From: Thraustochytrium aureum | Taxonomy: Eukaryota | Assembly (NCBI GenBank): GCA_012862495.1 | Contig: BLSG01000422.1 | Span: forward strand, 32,696-76,696 | Direction of reading: 5' to 3' | Length of the DNA stretch: 44,001 nucleotides | Shown: positions 1-9,546 of the stretch, in pieces | Position numbering within the stretch: position 1 is the first letter of the stretch | Layout of the letters: each line of letters opens with the position of its first letter | Position numbers and translations under genes: made by a program | Notes under the pieces: model-generated | Databases searched by the model: none | What the model saw: the letters and a program-made list of their open reading frames with translations, nothing else | Told to the model about the DNA's origin: nothing

Positions 1-1
1 A

Positions 2-598
2 ATCACAGTCATGAACCAAAAGACAGGCAGCACCGTGGCCGCCACGGGCCAGTGCATGTTTTCGGGAACCAACACCCACCTCGGGTGCCGCGGGGTCGAG
101 GGTTCGCTTTCGCCAACATGCACCGGAGCGGTCGCTGATCTTGCTCGGTGTGGCTCCGCAACTGCTGACACGCGCCAACAGTGCCTCGGCGGAAACAACG
201 AGGCCTCCACCCAGGGCGGCGACCTGTACAACCTCATGATCGGCGTTCCGCCTTTCCACCCCCAGTACGATGCCAAGTTCCTCCTCCTCTCGCATGTCAC
301 TGCCCCACGCGCTGTCGCCGGCCCGCCTCCTGCAAATGGGGGCGGCGACCCGGGCGGCGACACGGGCGGCGACACGGGCGGCGACACGGGTACTGACGAC
401 GGCACAATCGCGGATGATGAAAAGGACTCTGCCACCGAGGGTGGTTTTCCCGTTGAGTACGCTATCGGAGGAGGGATCGGCGCCGGTGTCGTTGCCATTG
501 GGTTTTTCGCCTACACGCGCGGTCGCGCGAATGCGCTGCAGCAACAGCAGCAAATGATGATGAAGGGCAACCAAAACATGGTTCACAACATGCTCTAA
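2..598 (+). CDS. 3' part of a Cys-containing single-pass membrane protein (5' end probably upstream of window)
   Basis: Frame is open from the window edge. It has several Cys, a GGDT-repeat/acidic stalk, a hydrophobic segment YAIGGGIGAGVVAIGFFAY and a short Gln/Met-rich tail; stop TAA at 596-598. Confidence 0.7.
   Translation: MTVMNQKTGSTVAATGQCMFSGTNTHLGCRGVEGSLSPTCTGAVADLARCGSATADTRQQCLGGNNEASTQGGDLYNLMIGVPPFHPQYDAKFLLLSHVTAPRAVAGPPPANGGGDPGGDTGGDTGGDTGTDDGTIADDEKDSATEGGFPVEYAIGGGIGAGVVAIGFFAYTRGRANALQQQQQMMMKGNQNMVHNML
341..390 (+). repeat. 12-bp coding tandem repeat (GGCGGCGACACG) encoding GGDT, about 4 copies
   Basis: Directly visible in sequence and translation GGDPGGDTGGDTGGDTG. Confidence 0.9.
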
Positions 599-667
599 CT
601 GAATGAAAAACAGAATTGTAGTTTGCAAACGTGTTGTGTGCAGCGAGCGCCCTTGCACTTGCTAGGC

Positions 668-3600
668 CTATTTATGGCGATTGTCACAGCGTCGATCTCG
701 CGGCGCATCGCGCTCAGACTCCCCGGCGCCCTCCTCGTGCGTCTGAACAATGGTCGCTGCAGCTGCCCGAGTCGTATGCCAGGCAAACCGCCACGGCTTG
801 CTGCAGGTGGGGGCAAGCTCGGTCTGAAATGTGCCATTCACAAAGAAAGCCACACTGCCGCGCTTGTAGTCAAAGACGGCGGCGAGCGACTCGGCGAATC
901 CGACAGGGGCAAAGTGCAGGTTTTGCCGCCGGCGCGCATGTCCAAGCTGCTTGCCCAGAGCATTTCGAAAGCTCGCAACCCGCCCGCACGACACGTTGAG
1001 GCTCTCGCGCAATCTACCCGCCACAGCTTGCATCTCTTCCACAAACTCTTCAAACCCCATTCGCTCCGAGGCGCCTCCGCGCACGCTGTCGCCTAGACAT
1101 GACCGCCAGTCTTGCGGAGAGAGCATGTCGCGAACCTCGCGATACATCGCGGCCGCCGCCTGGATCGCGTCCGAGCGCCGTATCGCCGATCGAGAGGGCC
1201 CGCGCACCTCGGAAAACGCGCGGTCAAGAGCCCAGTGGTCGCGCGAGAGCGCTCGCGACACTGCCTCGCCGTGGTCTAGGCGCAGCTGCGCCTCCAGCTC
1301 GCGTGCTTTCCACTGCAAAGCGCCAACGTCAGAAGCAAACAGGCCGCCTTCGGACCTCTCTAGCTTGTCATTAACAGCCTCAGAGACTTGGTTGGCGACT
1401 GCCCAAACGATAGAGCGCGGCGCAATGCGGCTGTAGAGACGCTCAAGCACCTGCTCGTGAGTCCGCTCGGTGCCATGCTCGGACTCCAGCACCTGCAACG
1501 GCACCACGGCGTATTCCTCTAAGACAGCGCTATCTTTCAGGCCATCAGAGTACAATGCGGTTTTGCCCCGCGAGGCTGCGCCCTCGACCCGAGCTTCTCC
1601 GGTGTGAAAGTATACCGCGGCGCCTCTCGCAGGCCGGTTTGCTGGCGGCTCGCTTGTCACGCAAAGCGCCCAAGCGCCCTGCCCTTCAAACGCCTTGTCC
1701 ATTCGCACAATCACTGCGTTGGGGCCCGACTTGCCAAGCGTGCCGTCAACGTAGGCCATTACACTCCGTGACTGCGTCGAGTTGTGCTCGACGACTCGCC
1801 CGCCCTCGAGAACGCGGAGGCAGTCAAACGGCACTTTGCCAAACCGCGCCAGGGGCGGCCACCGCATCGAGTGTTCATCCGGCGAAAACCGCCGGAAGAG
1901 CTGCTCGGTCTCGGGCAGCCTCCACTCGCGGTTTCCCAGAGCCAGGGCTGCATCTAGTTTCTCTTGCACAGCGTCCACCTTGGCCTCGCTCTCAGGCGAC
2001 GCGTCAGAGTCCCAGTCATCTTTCGTGGCGCTCGCACGCAGTGCGCCGGACACTTGAGACGCCACGTCATCCGGATAGCAAAGCCGGTCCACGCGCTCGT
2101 CATGGCCCCGTCGCACTTGGATCCCATCCGCCAAGAGGTTGACGGCCTCTGCGAAGCTGTCCGGGTCGACACAGCCTCGCTCGGTCCAGAGGTCGACGAG
2201 CCTGCTGCCCATCCATGCAGGGCAAAACTTTTTAATCCACTGGATGGTCTGCTCCAGCTCATCTCGCGACGCAAACGCCGGCACGTTGAACTTGACAAGC
2301 GAGTCATTGAGCTCCTCGAGCGTCAAGAGCGCACGAAACGGCTCTGCACTGGTCGCTGGCGTAGTCGCCGTGCTTGCAGTCGCGAACCACCGAAAAGCGC
2401 CCCGCTCGTCGCGCTCTCGCGCTGCAACAAGCGCGAGGTCGACCAGCTTGCTTGGGGCCTCCGGGGCGTCTACGCCAACAAGAACTCCCTCCGCAATCCC
2501 GCTCGGAATTTGCTCGGATTCTCCATCCAGTAAATGCATCAAATCCCACTCTTTGCAGCGGTCGAGGCCGCGGGACAGCTCGTCCACACTAAATCGAGTT
2601 GGGCGCTCGCCGCTCCCGCGAACGATGAATGAACCAGACATGCCATACTTGACAAACTCGGCCTGGAGCTCCTCCATGTCCTTCAATCCGAGGAAGAACG
2701 GTGCAATCGCATCTTGCACGTTGTCCAAGGAAACGAGCATTGGCTCGGGGTCGCCAGGTTGTGTTCCGTCCAAGCCGTCGGCGAGGCCGCGCTCGACGAC
2801 GTCCCGCTCTCGTTGTTCCCGCGCCGCAAACCAGTCTGACGGCGCGGTGTTGCGCTCGAGCTTGTTGCTGTGTAATGCTCCTGCTGCAGGCCAGAGAGCG
2901 CGAATCGTGTCGAGCCCCTTTGCAGAAGCCTTGCTAATGAACGCCCGTGCGACCGCGGAGGACCGGACCCCAAGGGCGTCGATTCTGGGAAGGAACAGCT
3001 CACGTCGGGCGATCACATAGGCCTCAAGCTGCCGGGCGCGGAGTCCTTCCCTGTTGGCCCGCCGGCGTTCAGCGGCAAGCTCGCTCTTTTGTTTCCGGGC
3101 CAGAGCGTTGAGCTGTGCGATCTGATCTTCCAGCATCTCCTCAAAGGCAATGTGCGCCGACTCGCGCAGATCGGCTTCCTCTGCGGTCTCAAGCTCGAGT
3201 ATGGTCCGCCCGAACTGGCGTTGGAGCGCGCCTACGACGGTTTCAACAAACCTATCTTGCAACAATTTGCGCTCGCGCAGGGCGCCCTCCCGCGCTGCGC
3301 GAGTCACTGCGACGTGGCTACTCGCTTCAGCCTTTGCGCATCGCAGCTCGAGTTGTTCTAGTCTCGCTCGGCACCGTTCAAGCATGTCCTTCGTTTGCCG
3401 CGCCTCCACACGCTCCTTGCTGAGCACGGCATGAACCCCGCTTTGAGCATTGAGCTGTTGGCTGGGCTTTTCATTGGCGCCGTCACGGTGCTCGAGTTTG
3501 ACAGCCGACTCGCTCGGCGGAGCCTTGGCCTTCGCAGGCTTGACGTGCCGTGATGGCACGTTCTTAGCAACCTTGCCGTCGTCGAACCGGATATGATATG

Positions 3601-5144
3601 CCCCGCGTCGTGTGCCGCTGCCGAGCACGCGACCTTTGAAGAGCCCGCGGGACTTTGGCGGCCGCGCCCAGACGCGGTCTCCCATCGCGAGGCGCCGAGA
3701 CGGGCCTACGCCAGAGGCGAGTGACGTCGGCGAAACGGAGCCGCTCGAGTCATGTTGCGCGGACGCGGACGAGTCCGACGAGTCCGACGACGACGAAGAG
3801 GAGGAGGAGGAAGAGGCGGAGGAGGACGAGGAGGACGAGAGTTCTGAGCCCGACGAGTCTGAACCCGAGGACACATAGCCACTCACTTCAGGGCGTCCTA
3901 GACCGGCACTCTCAGCACCTCCTCCGCGCGGCCTCACAAACCGCTCGAACTCGGCTACGGAAATGAGCCCGTCTTTGTTCCGATCGAGCTCCTCAACGAG
4001 CAGAACAAGCTCTTTGATGCTCAGTTTGAACTTGAGCTCCTTCAAGCCCTGCTGAAAGTCGGTCTTTGATACCTTGCCGTTGCCCTCTTTGTCAAAGTGC
4101 TTGAACGCCTCACGAGCGGTCAGACCGCGTGCCTCTGCCTTGCGCAGCATTCGACGGAGCCGTCTCTTTGTCTCCTTGCCCACTCGTTCCGAGCGCGAGC
4201 CGGCCGCCCCAGGACCTGACGCTTCATGGCTGTTTTGAAGGAGTTGCTCCAGGGACACGTAGCACACACGATCACTCTGCGGGCTCTCAAGCATCGTAGC
4301 AAACACTGAAAACTCTTGCACCGTGAGCCGAAACTCGAGGCCACGCAGAACGCGAACAAAGTCGGCCCGGGACACGGTGCCGTCGCGCTTGTTGTCGTAG
4401 ACCCGGAAAGCGCCGATCAGCGGTTTCCCGCACAAAATGTTGAGGCTTGCGTTCTCGTACATTTGGCGGAGCTTGGCTAGCAACTGGTCCAGGTCTACAA
4501 CGCGAAGCCCCGGGTCGCGCTCGTGCCTCGCTCGTTCTATCCGTGCCTCCTCTTGCGCTGTTGGAGCGACAGCGATCTGGACACGCAGTGTGCCCTTATC
4601 TTTGAACGAGATCGTGCTCACGAAGGGGTTCTCGTCGCGCAAGCTCTGGAACAATTTGTCAAGTCTGACTTCGCACGAGTCAATCTGAACCGCTCCGCTC
4701 GCCACCGAGGCCAAACTGCGCTGATGCATGAGCTGGATGGCGAGCGTCGGTTTCTCGTTCTCGCCCTTCCAGCCGGGGAACGCAAGCTCCACCACTTCGT
4801 CCCTGTCCCACTCGGGCTTGACGCCTCCATGCTTCACGCAGCTTGACTCGGCGCTGCAATTCCATNNNNNNNNNNNNNNNNNNNNNNNNNNNNNNNNNNN
4901 NNNNNNNNNNNNNNNNNNNNNNNNNNNNNNNNNNNNNNNNNNNNNNNNNNNNNNNNNNNNNNNNNNNNNNNNNNNNNNNNNNNNNNNNNNNNNNNNNNAA
5001 CGGGTTTTGCACGGTCCCAAGCTTGGCGACGGACTTGATGTCGCGTGCGTAGACAGGCCGGATCAGGACCCTGCACGGGCTCGCCAGCACAGCCTCCCAC
5101 GTCTCGCCACGGCTAGTTTTGCGGTGTGGGCTCGAGCGCTCCAT
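668..5144 (-). CDS. Large Ca2+-binding multidomain protein: N-terminal C2 domain, EF-hands, Ser-rich linker, Tudor/Agenet-like domain, coiled coil, split SPRY-like C-terminus (spans N gap 4866-4998)
   Basis: ATG 5144 frame gives a C2-like start RVLIRPVYARDIKSVAKLGTVQNP, continuing after the gap as HGGVKPEWDRDE. EF-hand loops DNKRDGTVSRADF, DKEGNGKVSKTDF, DRNKDGLISVAEF. Tudor-like GDRVWAR..YHIRFDDG..NVPSRHV. SPRY-like VFDYKRGSVAFFVNG. Confidence 0.8.
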
Positions 5145-5374
5145 TCTCTGTCCTTACGGCGTCCAGCGGCGACGTTTCTGCGATGCGCAGGCGCTCCAGT
5201 TCGATCCAAGCGCGGCGTCCTGCGGCAGGTCGTTGGTCCATGGGACGGGCCTCGTCGCTCTCCCCGCTCGGTGTCTGCTCTCCCAGGTGGCCACCTGCCC
5301 AACGGTACTCTACTCCTTCCATCTGTACTCGAGCAAAAGAACACAACGAAGTGCTCCTTTTCGAGCAAACAATG

Positions 5375-5401
5375 ACCGGTACCAGTACCGGTACCAGTAC
5401 C
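5375..5401. repeat. Tandem 12-mer ACCGGTACCAGT (2+ copies) in divergent intergenic region
   Basis: Directly visible; a further ACCGGTAC lies at 5420-5427. Confidence 0.8.
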
Positions 5402-5891
5402 TAATTGGCCCAAGCAACTACCGGTACCTTGTGCTGCCTACCAGCGGCTCCGGGCCCTTCTGCCTGCACTAGTAGCCGCTGCCCGTACTCCCTGCTCGTA
5501 CTCCCTGTCCTCTGAATTCTGTTTTGATGCTCAATCGCGGCGCACCGCGTTCCGCACCCTGCAGCAAGAGCACACACCTGTCGCAGGCCGCGTTTCCACC
5601 AATGGAGGTGCACACCTGGACCTGCACTGGAGAGCACGAGGCAAGAGCAGAGCAGAACAGCATCGACTCGGAGGAGCACCGTGGAGGAGCGGCGGAGAGC
5701 GCGGCTGGACGCACAGCGTGCGAACGGTTGCCTCGCGCCAGGTGCGGGCTCTTCGGCCTGTTCGCAACACCCTCCCGTGCTGGCGCTGCCCTCGGCTGGA
5801 CTTTCGGCTGGCTGGCTTGCTGGCTGGTGGCTTGTAGCGGGTTGTTCGCTCGCTCGGTCGGTCGCTGGACGCGCCACACCGCCTGGCTGAG

Positions 5892-7831
5892 ATGAGGGGC
5901 CTGTGGGGAGCGGCGCGCGGCGTTGCGCTCGGCGTGGCCCTGGTGGCTGCGGCGGCCGCGGCTGACGAGAGGCCCAAGGACGTGGGTGTGGCTGCTGTGA
6001 GTGGCCAGGACGGGGAAGTGGCCTCGCTGCTCAACGTGACAGAACCCGCGTCGCACAGCCTGAGCGATACCTTCGGGTCGAATGGAAGCTGCAGGACTCT
6101 GCCGCCGGAGGTGCGCCGGATCTCGTAGCCGATTCGAAAGAGGCCAACAACAACGCGGAGGGTGGCGCTCAAGCAACTCGCAGCGTTGGCTCGGCAACAA
6201 GTGCGACGTCGCCAGTGGTGCCCGACGAGCCCAAGGAAAATAATAGCACTGGCCTGCGCGGTGCTGCCGTGAAGTCAACCGAGGAACCCCCAAGCGATAA
6301 TGCTGGCAATGTGAAAGCAGGGTTGGCAGAAGACCACTCTGCTGTGAGCGAAGACGAGGTCCACGACGGAGACAAGACGCAAGTCCATCCCACGGCTAGG
6401 CCAACCAAACGATCGGACAGGCGAAGGCGAACTAGAGTCAAAGCCCCCACGGGGGCCCCTACACTCGCGGTGGCGGCCCGCAGACGGGGGAAGAGACTGC
6501 CGAAACCCCAGAATCGCCAGAAGTGCCTGACAAGGAGGCCTCTTCGCAGGACGTTGATGTAACTGGTGCAGACGCCTCTCCGAAGAACGTCGTTGCATCT
6601 GGCGGGAACGTCTCCTCAACGGCGGCATCCGAGGAAACCGATTCGCCTGGCAAGGAGGCCGGCTCTGCGGATGCGTCAGAAGCCCATGCAGTCGGCTCTT
6701 CCACAGAGGGCGACTCCGCGGAGAACGCCGATCCGAGACCAACTTGGATAAGGCAATCGATCGCGTCTCAACGAACGAATCACAGAGCAACTCTGGTGCT
6801 GCGCCGAACGTTGAGCTGCCAGCAAGCAGCGACAAGCAAAACGGCGCGAATGCCAGCGTCGTAGTTGCTCCGCTGGACGAGAATGTCGGCGATCAGCAAG
6901 CAAATAGCTCGGACGTGCAGGTCGATGCGAACACGTCGGATGCCCTCGCGTCCGCCGGTGCAGGTGAAAACGCCCCGGACCCGAGCGAACCAGTTGGAAA
7001 CTCACCGCAGGAGAAGGGAAAAGACGAGTATAGTGAGCCTGCGGAAGAGGCCAACTCCAAGCCTGGCCAGCACGCTGGTATCCCGGACACGAGCACGTCG
7101 ACCTCTGAGCCACCCGCAGATTCTCCCACAAAGGCAGTTGCAGAGCCGCCCACAGAGCCGCCAACCCTGCCGCCCACAGAGCCGCCTACGCTGCCGCCCA
7201 CAGAGCCGCCTACGCTGCCGCCCACAGAGCCGCCTACGCTGCCACCGACGGAGCCTCCTACGCCGCCACCGACGGAGCCACTCCCTGCTCGGCCAGCAGA
7301 TGACGCCAGCTCGGACGACGACTACGACGGCGAGGCCAACGAGGAGGAAAGCCTGCGCAAGAAGAACACTAAAGACGTGGGGGGAAGCCAGCTCTTGAAG
7401 AGGACGAGGACAATTGGGACACGGAGGATGCAGGGATCTCGAAAGGAGCCGACGCCGAGGACGGTCTCCCGGACGAAGAGTTGGTGGACGAAGAGTTGAT
7501 GGACGAAGATTTGGTGGACGGAGAGGAGGACGCGGAGGAGGAGGAGGAGACGGAGAGATTCAACCCTGCAAAGATCGTGCCATATCACGAACCGTCCAGC
7601 ATGACTTATGGGCCTCTCGTTTTCTTGATGGCCTGCTTTGGGCTCTGCTTTATCGCGGGCAGGCGGTTTTTCAGAGAAGCACCGGAAGGCTACGCCGCTG
7701 TTCCGCTTGGAGAAGGTAGGGCGCGGCGAACGGGCTCGTTGGGGCGCATGGGTCGCTCCGCATCGAGCGGAGGAGGAGGGCATTCCAGCAACGGGCTTCC
7801 GATAACTCCGGACGTCATTCGCCTCAATTAG
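5892..7831 (+). CDS. Acidic mucin-like type I membrane glycoprotein (signal peptide, Ser/Thr/Pro-rich stalk, TM, short tail); four apparent single-base frameshifts
   Basis: Signal peptide MRGLWGAARGVALGVALVAAAAAA. Consecutive ORFs 5892, 6215, 6523, 6744 and 7481 join by -1 shifts near 6090, 6478, 6733 and 7380. Contains N-glycosylation sequons (NVT, NGS, NNS, NVS, NES, NAS), PPTEPPTL repeats, TM PLVFLMACFGLCFIAG and a tail with GYAAV. Confidence 0.75.
7145..7280 (+). repeat. 24-bp coding tandem repeat encoding PPTEPPTL (about 5 copies)
   Basis: Unit CCGCCCACAGAGCCGCCTACGCTG is visible in the sequence. Confidence 0.9.
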
Positions 7832-8117
7832 CCATTCAGGTTTGGAGCGACGCGCCCTTCTCACATCCCACTAGCTCCGGCCAGCACCTTGTTTGCTTGT
7901 GCTGTCAAGGGCGGCAGCACAAGCCGGGTCGACGTCCGAGTCGGTCGACAAACGGCTNNNNNNNNNNNNNNNNNNNNNNNNNNNNNNNNNNNNNNNNNNN
8001 NNNNNNNNNNNNNNNNNNNNNNNNNNNNNNNNNNNNNNNNNNNNNNNNNNNNNNNNNNNNNNNNNNNNNNNNNNNNNNNNNNNNNNNNNNNNNNNNNNNN
8101 NNNNNGAGGAAACGCTA

Positions 8118-8810
8118 TCAGGCCGCGTCGCGGAGGCGCGCAATCGCCTCATTGTACTTGGCGTTATAGGCGTCTGCAATAAACTGAAACAGCTCGTTGA
8201 CGCCCTTGTTCCGGAGCGCCGACGTCTCGAGAAAGGTCATTCCATTGCTCCGTGCAAACTCTTCCCCCTCTTCTTTGGCGACCTGGACACGGCCCTTCTC
8301 GCGCAGGTCCACCTTGTTGGCCACGAGAATGCCTGGGAGGGGGCGCCCCGGGTTCTCTGTGCGCACTGCGGCAAGCCATTTGCTGCACGACAAAAAGCTA
8401 GGCCGGCTCCCAACGTCGTACACGTACACGGCGACCGACGCGTTCGCCCAGTACTGTCCCCCAAGCTCGCGTTGGTTGAACACCGACTGGCCGCCCGTGT
8501 CGTAGATGAACATCTCGACCTTTCTGTCCGTGTCGCGCACGACGAGGTCTTTTACCGTAAAGTCCACCCCCAGCGTCATGAGGTAGCTCTTCGGGTAGTT
8601 TTGCCCGCTGCTCTGGAACATTTGGCACAGCGCGGTCTTGCCGACGTGGGGGTCGCCGCAGAAGATCGTCTTGCACCTCAGCACTGTAAACTGCTTGTGC
8701 GAGCTCGCCATGCTCCTGAGCGCGCTTTCCTGCGCCGTTCCCACGGGATTCTCCCCCACGCTCTCGCCCACTGGATCGGCGTAGTCATCGTCGAACGCCT
8801 TGGACTCCAT
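8118..8810 (-). CDS. IFT27: Intraflagellar transport protein 27 (Rab-like small GTPase RABL4)
   Basis: LRCKTIFCGDPHVGKT P-loop, YPKSYLMTLGVDF, VEMFIYDTGGQ, SCSKWL, LPGILVANKVDL and FLETSA. No C-terminal prenylation Cys. These match IFT27 hallmarks. Confidence 0.9.
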   Translation of the reverse strand: MESKAFDDDYADPVGESVGENPVGTAQESALRSMASSHKQFTVLRCKTIFCGDPHVGKTALCQMFQSSGQNYPKSYLMTLGVDFTVKDLVVRDTDRKVEMFIYDTGGQSVFNQRELGGQYWANASVAVYVYDVGSRPSFLSCSKWLAAVRTENPGRPLPGILVANKVDLREKGRVQVAKEEGEEFARSNGMTFLETSALRNKGVNELFQFIADAYNAKYNEAIARLRDAA

Positions 8811-9333
8811 CACTGCCTTGCACAAACCCGTGCCAGGTCACGTCCGCCCACGCCTTTCTTCGCGCCACCACAACGCGATGCGCCGATCACTCTCGCCGCC
8901 ACGATCAGAAGCTCGGCCGAGTTAATTCAAACCTTCCTGCCTTCCTGCCTGCCTGCCTAGCCCGCCAGAGCGGCTCGCTCTCCTGCTGCGTGCGCTGCGT
9001 TGCTCGGTGTCTGGCACATGCGTCAAAGCATCTCGAGTATGCTCCAGCGACCAGTGTTACCGTTACGCCTCTCGAAACGACTCTGTCTCCGAAACCACCA
9101 CGAGACAACCGGTACGTAATATCAATAATTAGATAACAAATAAGGTTTCCATTTGAGCATTGAGTTATCGAAGTGAGTACTTAAATTCAATAGAATGTAT
9201 CGGGGCGGAAGGCGCGCCGGAACGAGGGGAACCCGCCAGCGGCATCGGATTTGCGAGGCGGGCAGAGTCGCATCGGAGACACGACACGCTGCGCGGAGCT
9301 GGGCGGCTTGCGTCTTTTGACGTTGCTCGACTC

Positions 9334-9386
9334 GCTGCCTTGCGCCGCCTTGCGCCGCCTTGCGCCGCCTTGCGCTGCCTTGCGCC
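9334..9386. repeat. 10-bp minisatellite GCCTTGCGCC, about 5 copies, upstream of TTL-like gene
   Basis: Directly visible tandem repeat. Confidence 0.9.
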
Positions 9387-9546
9387 CCTTGGTTGCTTCG
9401 AGCGCGTCGCGCACGGCTGGCTGGCCCGATCCTGTCGCGAAAGCGGTCGCCTCCACGCAGTTGTTTGGTGCGGACGCGGCGCCGTCGGGCACCGTAGGCC
9501 TCCCCCGCCTAGCAAGGACCGGCCTGCGCTCCCAGGGCCCGGCGCA

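Noticed and set aside
9160..9546. N-terminal extension of the TTL-like ORF from a TTG start
   Set aside because: Non-ATG start that translates through a minisatellite; ATG 9547 is the plausible eukaryotic start. The same applies to ORF-track extensions of RPC8, the sulfotransferase and the CSD gene.
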